A stretch of 64,000 nt of DNA from Desulfomonilia bacterium (lineage in GTDB: Bacteria; Desulfobacterota; Desulfomonilia; UBA1062), in contig JBEKDT010000001.1 in the NCBI GenBank assembly GCA_050014195.1, positions 192,001 through 256,000 of the forward strand, in the 5' to 3' direction. A program made the position numbers and the translations under genes. Each line of letters begins with the position of its first letter. Positions within the stretch are counted from its first letter, which is position 1. Positions 11,025 to 21,428 of the stretch are shown in pieces. A model generated the notes under the pieces. It was not told the DNA's origin, did not search any database, and saw only the letters and a list, made by a program, of their open reading frames with translations.

Positions 11025-12448
11025 TGTACAACAGGGTCCTCATTGTTGACGATGATCCCGGGATACGGGAGACCATATCGCAGATAATAGAAGAGCTCGG
11101 ATACGCTCCTGATACCGCCTCCGACGGACTGGAGGCGTTGGCCATGTTGGATACCGGCTCTTATCTATGCATATTCACCGATATCATGATGCCTAAGATG
11201 ACCGGGATCGAGCTCATTAAAAAGATCAAGGCCCGCGATGTATCGCTGCCCATCATTGTGATCACCGGTTATGCTTCCTTAGAGATCGCCATTGATGCCA
11301 TGAAGTGCGGGGCCTCCGACTTCATATCAAAGCCCTTCAAGGTGAGCCAGATCCAGCTTGTTCTCAGTAAGATGAAGCGAGAAAAGCTCTTGCTCGAGGA
11401 GAACAGGAGATTCTCGGACGCCTTGCAGCTCCATCGCCTCATCGACACCCTTGTGGGACAGCTGGAAGACAAGAACAAAGAGATCAACTCCCTGCAGGCC
11501 ATATCCGAGAAGATCATCAGCTTAAAGGGTATCCGCGATCTGGTGGGTGCCATCGTAGACGTCTCCAAGCAACTTCTTGAGAATGTGGATGTTCAATTCT
11601 ATCCCTTAAACCGGAAGACCCAGACACTCATTGATACCGGCAATGGACAAGGCAGAATCATCAGCGCCGATCTCGTCGAGGGGAAGATCATCAGGAAAAA
11701 CAATTCTCTGGGCGTTTCAAGCCGGAACTTCGTGACTATCTTTCCACTCATGATCGAAGGCCAGGTATTCGGCACACTTGATATCCGTTCCGACTCCATA
11801 CTCGGCGAGGAGAAGGAGGGAAAGATTCTGTATCTCCTCAACCGCTCCGCTGAACGCATGGAAAATGTGGCCCTTTATGAGGGTCTTTACGAGAACATGC
11901 TCTCCACCTTGAACAGCATGGCCAAGATCCTGGATGCCAGAGACCCGCACACATCCCAGCATTCCACCAGGGTCACCAACTTCTCTCTCGCCTTGGCCAA
12001 TATCATCAAGCTGTCTGATGATGAAAAGGATGTGCTGTATATCGCCGCTTCGCTCCACGATATCGGGAAGGTGGGTATACCCGACAGCATACTCCTGAAG
12101 AAAGACAAGCTCACTGATGAAGAGTTCAAGATCATCAAGAGACATCCCGATATCGGGGCAGATATCTTAAAGCCCCTGCCACCTATGTCGCGCGAGACGG
12201 ACGTCATACGTTATCACCATGAACGCTATGACGGTAAAGGATACCCGGCAGGGATCGGGGGTGGTGAGATCCCTCTCCTCTCACGCATTATTACGCTCGC
12301 AGATTCCTATGATGCTATGACTACGGACAGGCCTTACCGGAACGGATTACCTATCGACAAGGCTATTGAAGAGATCATACGCTGCATCGGGAGCCAGTTT
12401 GACCCGGAGCTGGCGAATATGTTTATCCACAAGGTTATCGGGGTCTGA
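11021..12448 (+). CDS. Response regulator with HD-GYP c-di-GMP phosphodiesterase domain
   Basis: N-terminal REC; HTSQHS, LHDIGK, HHERYDGKGYP, ADSYDAMTTDRPYR. Confidence 0.94.
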   Translation: MMYNRVLIVDDDPGIRETISQIIEELGYAPDTASDGLEALAMLDTGSYLCIFTDIMMPKMTGIELIKKIKARDVSLPIIVITGYASLEIAIDAMKCGASDFISKPFKVSQIQLVLSKMKREKLLLEENRRFSDALQLHRLIDTLVGQLEDKNKEINSLQAISEKIISLKGIRDLVGAIVDVSKQLLENVDVQFYPLNRKTQTLIDTGNGQGRIISADLVEGKIIRKNNSLGVSSRNFVTIFPLMIEGQVFGTLDIRSDSILGEEKEGKILYLLNRSAERMENVALYEGLYENMLSTLNSMAKILDARDPHTSQHSTRVTNFSLALANIIKLSDDEKDVLYIAASLHDIGKVGIPDSILLKKDKLTDEEFKIIKRHPDIGADILKPLPPMSRETDVIRYHHERYDGKGYPAGIGGGEIPLLSRIITLADSYDAMTTDRPYRNGLPIDKAIEEIIRCIGSQFDPELANMFIHKVIGV

Positions 12449-12456
12449 TATGACCT

Positions 12457-12930
12457 CTAAGGAATAGTCCCTTGCGGGGCCGGTACCTGAACCGGTGCGC
12501 TCCCGCTGGCCTTTGAAGGTCTCGTTGATGAGTTCATCTGTTCCACAAGAGTCTGCACCCTCTGCCGAAGTTGCTGGTTTTCCTGGACAAGGGCTTCGTT
12601 TTGACCTGCAGTTGCCTTGAGGTCGGTGTTCTCTTTCTCCAAGGCTGAGAGTCTTTCATTTAAACGCGCGATCTGGCTGTCTTCGGGGACGCCCTGCTGC
12701 TTTTTCAATGATGCAACCTCGTTATCAAGGGCACTCACCCTGCCGGTCAGCTCCTGATTCTTTTCCTCCAAGGCCGAGATATAGGAGCTAGTCTGCTTGA
12801 GCATGTCTTTGTAATCAGGGTGCTGCTGTTTCCGATAGCCCCAGAAGTAATATCCGACAAATAACCCGCCTAAGAATATTACAAGGAGGACAACCACAAT
12901 CGCCCGTACATGACTCTTCTCCTCCTCCAT
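12457..12930 (-). CDS. Membrane-anchored coiled-coil hypothetical protein
   Basis: One N-terminal TM then long heptad pattern; GGAGG RBS. Confidence 0.7.
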   Translation of the reverse strand: MEEEKSHVRAIVVVLLVIFLGGLFVGYYFWGYRKQQHPDYKDMLKQTSSYISALEEKNQELTGRVSALDNEVASLKKQQGVPEDSQIARLNERLSALEKENTDLKATAGQNEALVQENQQLRQRVQTLVEQMNSSTRPSKASGSAPVQVPAPQGTIP

Positions 12931-13056
12931 CAGCACACCTCCCCACTATTTCTTATTAAGCTGTATGCGAGTTGTGTTACCCCGTCAAGCCCAAGTTAGT
13001 TATCACACCAAACCTCATTATCGTATAAGGTTTTAAGGGCAGAAAGCCCTTGAGCT

Positions 13057-14541
13057 TTATAGTACGAATGAGGATCTTTGAACTTTGATGATGCCACTGT
13101 CCTTCAGATGCCCTGTAATAAGTTCAGTAAGCCCGGGTATATCAACAAAAGAGGAGAGGAACCTCTCTAACCTCCCTTCCTGTGTTGACCAATTGTAAAA
13201 GGCTGGTCGATTGAATATTAAAAGATTGTGAAATACTACCCTAAGACCCGATATGATAATCCCTTCCGGGTTGATGCGGCCGGCGGTTATCCCAAATTCC
13301 TCCATGCGGGTGAATGTATCTGCCAGGGCTTCTGCAATACTCCCCTTTATATCTGAGGTCACATTCTCGGAATGAAAAAAATCCTTGAGGTTCATCCCTT
13401 CCACAGGTTTGAAAAAAACTGCACAGTCCCACCTAAAAATATTTCTACACTTGCCTACAAGGGTAACCGGTATGGGGGTTTCTATGCCTATTCTCCTCAG
13501 CATGAGAGCATTCTTCCAGATCCTGCTTGCAGACCAAAACCTCTTGAGTATGCGCGGTCCGTATCCTCTTGAGGACCATACGAGCATCTCCTTGTCTCCC
13601 ACCGAGATTAGGGAATATCCTGAAGCCAAGCGGTTCCCTTCACCATGGGGAAGATGCCGTGAGGCGTCGAGGATCTCTTCATACACCACATCAAATTGGT
13701 GCCTGTCATAGACTGAGAAAAACCGGGTATCCCATCGGGTAAGGAATGGGTCTCGGGTTTTGTTCGTCTTCCGGAGGTATTCGGAAAGTATACCCTGTCT
13801 GATCTTTCGTGTTTCTCTCTTGACCCTTACCATCTCGCGATCTGTAATGACCCACCCCCTCTTCTTCACATAGGCCATTATCCGATCCTCCATACCCCCG
13901 TTGTACACAGGTGGGAGGTTTGCTAGCAGACAAGCCAGATTGCTCAGTGATCTCTTCGGACCGATGGCCCCACGGTAAATCTTCACCTGATCTCCATCGA
14001 GGGCATATATGCACTCATCCAGAATCATGAAATTGCCCAGGTGGAGATCGTTCTGCAGTATCCCCTGCTCGTGACAGCTCCCGAGAAAGGCCATGAGGAC
14101 ATCAAGCACCCTCTCCACCTGATGGATATCCGGACATGCCTCTAATGCACTGTCGACCCGTACGGCATCCGTCAGGTATTCAAAGACAATGACATAGATC
14201 CCATAGTCGGGGATATGACCGGAAAAGAGGATTTCCGGAGCAGGGATACCTTTTTCAGCAAAGGCCCTGCAACCTCTGCTGCTCCTCTTCCAGTTGGCAT
14301 GGGCCCTTCTGGCTGAGAAGTAGAGTTTTACTATTACCATTCTTGAGCGTATTTCGCCGAGACATACCAGTCTCTTGCCCTGTATTGCACGGAAAACCTT
14401 TGAGCATGCAATCTCACCGACATCTGGTATGTTGACCTTAAAAGATATGTGCCTATCTTCCCTGACATAATCCTGGTTGATCTTATTGAGTTGGGATATA
14501 AGTATGCTTTTATCAATAATGTCCGAATGATCAGCCAACAC
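13057..14541 (-). CDS. LPS kinase (Kdo/WaaP/InaA family), two kinase-like halves
   Basis: QNDLHLGNF and ALDGD motifs in first half; degenerate second half; LPS cluster context. Confidence 0.8.
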   Translation of the reverse strand: MLADHSDIIDKSILISQLNKINQDYVREDRHISFKVNIPDVGEIACSKVFRAIQGKRLVCLGEIRSRMVIVKLYFSARRAHANWKRSSRGCRAFAEKGIPAPEILFSGHIPDYGIYVIVFEYLTDAVRVDSALEACPDIHQVERVLDVLMAFLGSCHEQGILQNDLHLGNFMILDECIYALDGDQVKIYRGAIGPKRSLSNLACLLANLPPVYNGGMEDRIMAYVKKRGWVITDREMVRVKRETRKIRQGILSEYLRKTNKTRDPFLTRWDTRFFSVYDRHQFDVVYEEILDASRHLPHGEGNRLASGYSLISVGDKEMLVWSSRGYGPRILKRFWSASRIWKNALMLRRIGIETPIPVTLVGKCRNIFRWDCAVFFKPVEGMNLKDFFHSENVTSDIKGSIAEALADTFTRMEEFGITAGRINPEGIIISGLRVVFHNLLIFNRPAFYNWSTQEGRLERFLSSFVDIPGLTELITGHLKDSGIIKVQRSSFVL

Positions 14542-14615
14542 TCATATCTCCTTCAACCAGGAGAATTTGCTTTTCAACTCTCCAGTACGGATATACATGG
14601 GGCTTTCAGGTCACC

Positions 14616-15674
14616 TCATGGATGCAATTCATTTTGAAGCAGCGCCAGGTATATCCCTTCATATGCCCTTGCCATTGCCTCAATGGAGAACCGCTTTGCA
14701 AGAATGCCGTAGGCATTCGTTGTGCAATATGTGCAGAAATCCGTATCATCAAGCATCTTCAAAATAGATTCGGCTATCCTAGCATAATCTCCCACTCCAG
14801 CCAGTAATCCGGTTTCCTCATTTTTCACAAGCTCCGGAATTCCTCCCGCTGCTGTAGCAACTACAGGGACATGATACAAGAAGGCATCCAGGATGGAACT
14901 GCCAAGACCCTCTTCTCTCGATGTCAGGACAAACACATTAAAGATGGGGTAGTAGGGATAAGGATCATCCTGATATCCTTCAAAGATGATGTTATGCAGA
15001 TGCAACTTTCCGGCCTGGCGTTCCAATTCTTCACGCAGGTCCCCATCACCGATGAGCACGAAGACAACATCCTCCCTTTTGTCCTGTATTAGAGATGCAG
15101 CTCTGAGGAGCGTGATGTGATCCTTGCGCTTCTCAAGGGCAGCTATGCACCCTATGACCTTCATAGACCGGAATCTGTCCTTCAGTATCCTGACAGTGCT
15201 GTCGGATAGTTGTCTGTTCATGTCTATGGAATCAGGTATCACCATGATACTTCGGTTATTGCCCTCCCAGGTAACCATGACGGACTTCACCTTTTCCGAG
15301 ACTTCGGCCAGAGAGTTGAGCCTGCTGTACATCTGCCGTGTCAGGATATTGCGCGAAGGCGGACTGTCGATACGCCTGGTTGCCACAATGGGTCTGCCAT
15401 GAATGGGTTTCCAGGCAACTGCAAGCTGAATGCCGCGGGTTTCATGTGCATGAATCACATCAAATCTGGAAAGGAGGCCTCCATGGATCAGGAACGGTTT
15501 CCTTATGACGTGCACGGGAAAACCCATGTCTTTTGTCTTACTGATGAACATCTCATTGGTACGTGCAATCAGAAGGGATTCATGGCCGAGACGTCTGAGT
15601 CCTTCCATGAGATAAAGGGTTTGTCGCTCACCACCGCGCCAAGTTCGCTCAAGGTTGATATGCACAACTCGCAT
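14616..15674 (-). CDS. Glycosyltransferase family 4
   Basis: WRGGERQ, KDH, SREEGLGSSILDA, GGIPE motifs. Confidence 0.93.
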   Translation of the reverse strand: MRVVHINLERTWRGGERQTLYLMEGLRRLGHESLLIARTNEMFISKTKDMGFPVHVIRKPFLIHGGLLSRFDVIHAHETRGIQLAVAWKPIHGRPIVATRRIDSPPSRNILTRQMYSRLNSLAEVSEKVKSVMVTWEGNNRSIMVIPDSIDMNRQLSDSTVRILKDRFRSMKVIGCIAALEKRKDHITLLRAASLIQDKREDVVFVLIGDGDLREELERQAGKLHLHNIIFEGYQDDPYPYYPIFNVFVLTSREEGLGSSILDAFLYHVPVVATAAGGIPELVKNEETGLLAGVGDYARIAESILKMLDDTDFCTYCTTNAYGILAKRFSIEAMARAYEGIYLALLQNELHP

Positions 15675-15677
15675 GGG

Positions 15678-16445
15678 TTATCCTTTCTGCCCCTTGTCGT
15701 ATGTCATCTCCAGGAGCTTGGCTGTCATGACGAGGTCTGCAAAGGCACCCATTGCAGAGATCAGGAACCCCCTCCATCCATCGAGTATGCCAAGGCGTAA
15801 CACATAATCCTTGAGAAAACGCAAGGGTGGCCTCACCAGCATGTAGAGGACAGGAAACGTGATACCCTTGTCATATTTATCCTGAGCCTTATACAAGGTG
15901 TACCGGTTAATCTTATTGACCCACTCTCCCATGGAAGGTACGGTATAATGATCAAGGGTGGAATTGAGAACACCTGTATTGCTGAGAATAATCTCCCCAT
16001 GAACCCTTTTTTCTTCGTACCTCCCTTTACTCTTCCGAAACAGCCTGAGGACGGAATCATTCCCCCAGCTGGAGTATTTAACATGTTTATTCATGAGATA
16101 ATTCTTTCTAAAGATCCAGTACCCATCCTTGAGTTGGTCATTGCTTAACAGATCGATTATTTCATCTCGCAACTCAGGGGGTACCCGTTCATCACAATCA
16201 ACAATAAGGATCCAGTCATAGGTAGCCTGAGGTATGGCCCAGTTCTTCTGAACGGCATCGTTGATAAATTCATGCTGAACAATACGATCTGTGTAAGCCT
16301 TAGCTATATCAAGCGTCCTGTCTGTACTATAGGAATCTACGATAAAAATCTCATCGGCCCACGAGACGCTCTTCAGGCACTCCTCCATATTCCTCTCTTC
16401 ATTGAAGCATGGTATAAGTACAGTCAGTTTCTGTCTTTCAGGCAT
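15678..16445 (-). CDS. Glycosyltransferase family 2 (WaaE/KdtX-like LPS core glucosyltransferase)
   Basis: FNEE, VDSYSTD, DCDER, RVH, GILDGWRG. Confidence 0.9.
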   Translation of the reverse strand: MPERQKLTVLIPCFNEERNMEECLKSVSWADEIFIVDSYSTDRTLDIAKAYTDRIVQHEFINDAVQKNWAIPQATYDWILIVDCDERVPPELRDEIIDLLSNDQLKDGYWIFRKNYLMNKHVKYSSWGNDSVLRLFRKSKGRYEEKRVHGEIILSNTGVLNSTLDHYTVPSMGEWVNKINRYTLYKAQDKYDKGITFPVLYMLVRPPLRFLKDYVLRLGILDGWRGFLISAMGAFADLVMTAKLLEMTYDKGQKG

Positions 16446-16645
16446 CGCTGTATTTCCCCCATCTTTGGAGTTTATCTAACTCGGGATGACCACAACATAA
16501 TCTATCTGGGAATTATCACGAAGGGTTGCATATGCGAAGTGATTTATTGACACAACAGTGGTCGACTGTCAACGAAGTTTGGGCGCACCCCGTATGATGA
16601 AGTGGGTACATATTCAGGGTCTCAGGGCGAGAATCACCCCCCACT

Positions 16646-17596
16646 TTATGGACGGTTTTGATCACAGAGAGCCAGCACCCTGTCTACAAAATGGTGAAAG
16701 GTGTTGTGCTCATGCACATACCGATAACCCTGATCAGCTATTCTCTCGCGTTCTTTAGGTTTTGCAAGAAATTCCTTAACGAGATCGATACATTCATCTT
16801 CACTTTTATACCACACAAGGTGCTCACGATTCGTATAAAACTTCTCCATTCCTGGGACATAATTCGTTAAGAGAAATCCGCCACACCCCAATGTAAACGG
16901 AAGACGGCTGGACCAGTATCCATAAAGAGAACTTGTATTATCTGCACCGAGTACGATCTTAGTGCCACCGCATACCAAAGAATAGCTTCGGGGATATATA
17001 TTCTTCAGGGTAGCCTTCTTGTTAATCAACTCCCAATTCTTCCCATAAACTCTTACATTACAGATCTCATCGAGTCTCTGTATAAGATCTACTCTGGATT
17101 CGTTCTCTCTTGCGGCGCCTATAAATGCCACATCAGATTTCCATATCGGCAGAATCGGATGTCTCCTTCGGTGTACATACCTGTCACAGGCATTGATGAT
17201 GTATACGGGATTCTTTACTCCTGCTTTACGATATTCTTCGAGCACCCCTTCTGCAGTCACCAAGAAAATATCAACCAATTTCCCCCGCTCAAAGACGTCA
17301 GGGAGAATGCTCGTAACCCAAGGGTCTTCAAAAAACATAACCGTCTTTATCGGCCCCCCCGAGATTTGTTTCAGCACAGAGAAAGGTATATCTTGGGAAT
17401 TAATGAATACGATATCGGGGTTAAAAGATTCTATCTGATCCAACATGTAAGCATCGGCATTCTTTCCCTTCCGGCGAAGAACCCTTGGAGTTTTTAACCA
17501 TAAAATTTCATGTCCTCTTTCTATAAACGCACGCTCTAGGTACCTTATTTTGCCTGTTTTACTTCTTGATTTTGAGAAGATGAATACTTTAGACAT
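16646..17596 (-). CDS. CgeB/YkvP-like glycosyltransferase (Glyco_trans_1_2)
   Basis: DVAFIG, YWSSRLPFTLGCGGFLLT, RERIADQG...HTF C-terminal pattern. Confidence 0.8.
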   Translation of the reverse strand: MSKVFIFSKSRSKTGKIRYLERAFIERGHEILWLKTPRVLRRKGKNADAYMLDQIESFNPDIVFINSQDIPFSVLKQISGGPIKTVMFFEDPWVTSILPDVFERGKLVDIFLVTAEGVLEEYRKAGVKNPVYIINACDRYVHRRRHPILPIWKSDVAFIGAARENESRVDLIQRLDEICNVRVYGKNWELINKKATLKNIYPRSYSLVCGGTKIVLGADNTSSLYGYWSSRLPFTLGCGGFLLTNYVPGMEKFYTNREHLVWYKSEDECIDLVKEFLAKPKERERIADQGYRYVHEHNTFHHFVDRVLALCDQNRP

Positions 17597-17638
17597 ACCT
17601 TAATCCTTTGGATACTTTAGTTTAATCTATAAATTTAT

Positions 17639-18619
17639 TTACTTACACAATTCCTTCATTTCTCTCAGAAGTATGATAGATAAATCATCAAGCCAAAAAT
17701 TTAGCTTATTATTATTTATAGATGAGCGAATTTTATATATTTCACCAAGAGATGCTAAAGCAAAAATGAATCCTGCTATAAATGGGATATCCAGCCGTAT
17801 GATCCTACCAATAAACCTAGGTAACAGCCAAGGGATATGGGAAAAGAAGATTTTCCTCTTTGAGAGATGAAGCCATAAGTATATAAATTTATTTCTCTTA
17901 CTTATTGTTTTTATCCTTAGATAAGAAAAGAACCTATTTATTGTACTATGATGATCGTGGATCACACTGCTACTGGGCTCACAGTATGTCTTCCACCCCT
18001 TTTCCCAGGCACGCAAACAGAGATCCGCATCTTCATGATAAAATGGCTTATACAAGCTTAAGAATCCATTTAACTCCATAAACATACTCTTGCGGAGAGC
18101 CATCGAACCACCTGAAGAGAACATGCTCATTAATGGTTTTCCTTTACTTTGAGCCTTAAATATATCATCAACACTCATCCTCACATATCGAATGGTACCT
18201 CTTTCTATCTTACAAATATTCCATGATACCCCGGATATTATCCCATCAGTATTATAAACAAGTGGAGAAACAGAAAAGGTATCTTTGAGATCAAACCACT
18301 TCACAAGAGGATTAATAAAATTTTTGTCAGGATAAACATCCGTATTCAACAAAATAATAATTTCATTTAGAGCGAGCATTATACCCGTGTAAACAGCTTC
18401 AGAGAATCCTTTATTGATATCATGACAAACAATTCTAATGCCTGGGAATTTTTCCTTCAGGAGTAAAACGCTCCCATCCTGCGAAGCATCATCAACGACA
18501 ATTACCTCCACTCTACCAGGGTACTGTTCAACGGCGTCATAAATCTTAGGAAGTGATCTAGGTAATAAATCTTCCCCATTATAATTTGGGATTACTATAC
18601 TAATAGGGGAATACTTCAT
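17639..18619 (-). CDS. Glycosyltransferase family 2 (AT-rich)
   Basis: IVIPNYNG, VVDDASQD, LLNTD, YHEDADLC. Confidence 0.9.
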   Translation of the reverse strand: MKYSPISIVIPNYNGEDLLPRSLPKIYDAVEQYPGRVEVIVVDDASQDGSVLLLKEKFPGIRIVCHDINKGFSEAVYTGIMLALNEIIILLNTDVYPDKNFINPLVKWFDLKDTFSVSPLVYNTDGIISGVSWNICKIERGTIRYVRMSVDDIFKAQSKGKPLMSMFSSGGSMALRKSMFMELNGFLSLYKPFYHEDADLCLRAWEKGWKTYCEPSSSVIHDHHSTINRFFSYLRIKTISKRNKFIYLWLHLSKRKIFFSHIPWLLPRFIGRIIRLDIPFIAGFIFALASLGEIYKIRSSINNNKLNFWLDDLSIILLREMKELCK

Positions 18620-18754
18620 AACTGATTCAAATTGTTATACGAATCATTATTGAGCAATTGATCTGCAAGATTGTTAATGTCACGATCGCCTTAAATTTGG
18701 CCGACACCATATCTTATTTGTTTCAGCAAATCTTCCCCGTTCAAAATCATTGTG

Positions 18755-19972
18755 TTAATCCAAAAGGATCGTATTCTTGACATTGGGTTGTATCAACATT
18801 TCTCTATACATTACCATACCCCCCAAAATCAAGGAGAATGGGTAAAGTGAATTTTTTGAGTAGAAAGGAAATACAATGCTTGCATCCAAGAACCACGCAA
18901 TGAATACCACTAACAGGCAACAAAGAAATACCCTATCATCTTTCTTCACCACCTTAATGGTATCTTTGAATAATCTTATAAATAAAAATGATAAAGGCAC
19001 ACAAAGGAGAAAAACACCAAAAATACCATTATCATAAACAATCTCTAAGAAAAAATTATGAGGAAAGTTAACCTCATAGCTTGGGTATTTCACAGTTCGA
19101 TCAATCCCTACGCCATGTCCCCAAACCCACTCTGAAATCTTATTGTGCTCCAAAATCTTTATTACATCGTTCCATATAAACACTCTTGCTTGTTTATTTA
19201 TATTAACGAAAAGATCCGACAATCGCATTTCAACCCTCAAATCAATACATATAATAAGAAAAAGTAAACTAACGAGGACCAATAAACTAATCCACCTCTT
19301 TGTTCCTCTTAGAAACATTATAATACCAAATACACAGCTGATCGTTATGCTTATCCAGGCTGCCCTAGAATTTGAAAGAATCAATGTAATAACATTAAGG
19401 ATTCCGACGATGGAAAAGACAATTTTACTCAGTGACTTTGATGTATAAAAAAAATAAAAAACTATTGGAAGCGTCAAAATGCTCGTGCTACCGAGAATAT
19501 GGGGATTAGAAAATGTTCCATAAGGCATATGGAATAAAACACATGAAACAAACTGGCATATTATAGTAAGGAGCAATAAAACCATAAGAACATATTTTAA
19601 TAACACCTTTATACTCAGCTGATTATTGATGATAGTAAGATAATGAATACTCAGTACAATGCCTAAAAGTTTTAGAACAGTGAATATGGTGCTGATATTT
19701 GTATATACCCCTGAAATAAAAAAGCTTGGTATAACAAGAAAAAGTGTAATGATGACTGTATAAACTATATGTTTATATCTGATTGGGTTGTATGCCCTCA
19801 TTAAAATTAAAACTACCAGGTTGATATCACACACGATAAGGCTTGTCCTTACACCTCCAGTGTTTATGACAAAGAAAAATAAAATAAAACTGGCTACTCC
19901 CAGAACAAGCAGGATATTTAAAAAGAATACATTCAAATTATGTTCTGGCAGATATTTATTTATAAGATTCAT
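18755..19972 (-). CDS. O-antigen ligase family protein (WaaL-like)
   Basis: Many TM helices; NPH, SRAAW, R..IW, WGHG.G, PHNFFLE motifs. Confidence 0.85.
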   Translation of the reverse strand: MNLINKYLPEHNLNVFFLNILLVLGVASFILFFFVINTGGVRTSLIVCDINLVVLILMRAYNPIRYKHIVYTVIITLFLVIPSFFISGVYTNISTIFTVLKLLGIVLSIHYLTIINNQLSIKVLLKYVLMVLLLLTIICQFVSCVLFHMPYGTFSNPHILGSTSILTLPIVFYFFYTSKSLSKIVFSIVGILNVITLILSNSRAAWISITISCVFGIIMFLRGTKRWISLLVLVSLLFLIICIDLRVEMRLSDLFVNINKQARVFIWNDVIKILEHNKISEWVWGHGVGIDRTVKYPSYEVNFPHNFFLEIVYDNGIFGVFLLCVPLSFLFIRLFKDTIKVVKKDDRVFLCCLLVVFIAWFLDASIVFPFYSKNSLYPFSLILGGMVMYREMLIQPNVKNTILLD

Positions 19973-20321
19973 GATTCCTCACTGCGAAGAAATTCCATTT
20001 AATGATAATCCTTAAAACCTTCTCATTAGTGAACCGGTGATAAAATAATTGAATGGCTGCCATCCACACTTTGCTTGAACCTCTTTGTCTTTGCCTCCAA
20101 TAGAGCTTCTTGTTCAAGGTGCGTGCAAGGCATACCATTATGCAAGGCATGAATCAAGCTCGGTAAAACTCATTTCTCTAGATAACGAGCTTGTAATTTT
20201 TCACTAAACAGCATTATTTTTAAGATTCATCAACCATGGGGATTCAGGGCGCATCTCAAGGCTTTATCTTATCATATAAACAATGGTATAGAGGCACAAA
20301 TATCATATTAAACAACGTACA

Positions 20322-21284
20322 ATGGATATCCTCTTCATCAAACTAGGCGCTTTGGGTGATGTGATCAATACGTTGCCTCTGGCCATAACCCTTCATGAAC
20401 AGCTGCAGGCACGCATACACTGGTTGGTGGAACCTTTGAGTTATCCGCTTGTATCCTCTCATGCAAGTGTGAATCGTGCCATTCTTTTTGATAAAAAGCG
20501 ATGGCTTCAGGTCTTCCCGAGTGTATTTAATGAACTAAGGAGGCAACACTTCGACATCACCCTGGACCTCCAGCGCATCATCAAGTCAGGCCTTTTCTGC
20601 ATGGCTGCCTACAGTGACAGGAAGATCGGCTTCAATAAGGCGCGCTGCAAGGAATTCACATGGCTCTATCCTTTTGAACGGATCCCGGTATCTGATCCAT
20701 CGGTGCACATGGTTTACCAGTACCTCGAATTTGCACGCTATCTGGGGATTACCCCAGGCGAAATCAGGTGGGATATCCCCGTCACAGGGAGACTGCCGTT
20801 TGATCTCCCCAAGGAATACGTGGTCCTTAACATCGGCGCCACTACAAGCGCAAAACGTTGGACAACTCAAGGATTTGCATCACTCGCCCAGGGACTTATG
20901 GAGCGTTATGAGGTGCATGCGGTGCTCACAGGCGGTCCTACTGATACACCTGTGGCCGGCGGGATAGAATCCATGGCCGGAAACAGCGTTATTAATCTTG
21001 TGGGAAAAACAAACATCCAGGAACTCTCAGAGGTAATTGCAGGTGCTGTTGCCGTAGTTACCTGTGATACCGGGCCCATGCACTTAGCAGTGGCGCTGGG
21101 GAAAGAGGTCATTGCGCTGATCGGTCCTACCAATCCGCAGAGGACAGGCCCTTTAAGGGGAAGGATCATCCGGCAGGATCTGAGCTGTATGCCCTGTAAC
21201 AAGAGGCGATGCGAAAATCCGATATGTATGGGCGGGATTACTGCCGAGATGGTGCTTGATGCGCTTGGAGACGTACTTGGGTGA
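20322..21284 (+). CDS. Glycosyltransferase family 9 (heptosyltransferase)
   Basis: LGALGDVI, KRW, DTGPMHLAVALG, GPT motifs. Confidence 0.93.
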   Translation: MDILFIKLGALGDVINTLPLAITLHEQLQARIHWLVEPLSYPLVSSHASVNRAILFDKKRWLQVFPSVFNELRRQHFDITLDLQRIIKSGLFCMAAYSDRKIGFNKARCKEFTWLYPFERIPVSDPSVHMVYQYLEFARYLGITPGEIRWDIPVTGRLPFDLPKEYVVLNIGATTSAKRWTTQGFASLAQGLMERYEVHAVLTGGPTDTPVAGGIESMAGNSVINLVGKTNIQELSEVIAGAVAVVTCDTGPMHLAVALGKEVIALIGPTNPQRTGPLRGRIIRQDLSCMPCNKRRCENPICMGGITAEMVLDALGDVLG

Positions 21285-21428
21285 TTAGTGATGCGTGAAC
21301 AGATAAAACCCCCAAGGTCGTTTGTTTCAAGCATGAGATCAAGGAAGAATATGTGTCATACAGGTTCAGCCACTAATCACTGTGTGCGCCACCATCTCTG
21401 ATCACTCATCACTGTTCACTGATCACTC
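21281..21428. repeat. Oppositely oriented heptamer tandem arrays between convergent GT9 genes
   Basis: GTGATTA GTGATGC GTGAACA (21281-21301) and ATCACTC ATCACTG TTCACTG ATCACTC (21401-21428); exact 10-bp IR GTGATTAGTG / CACTAATCAC (21371-21380). Confidence 0.6.

Noticed and set aside
20124-20150. Direct repeat TGCAAGGCAT x2 upstream of the O-antigen ligase gene
   Set aside because: Only two copies, and the GG/GC spacing does not fit a sigma54 promoter on either strand; too weak to call.
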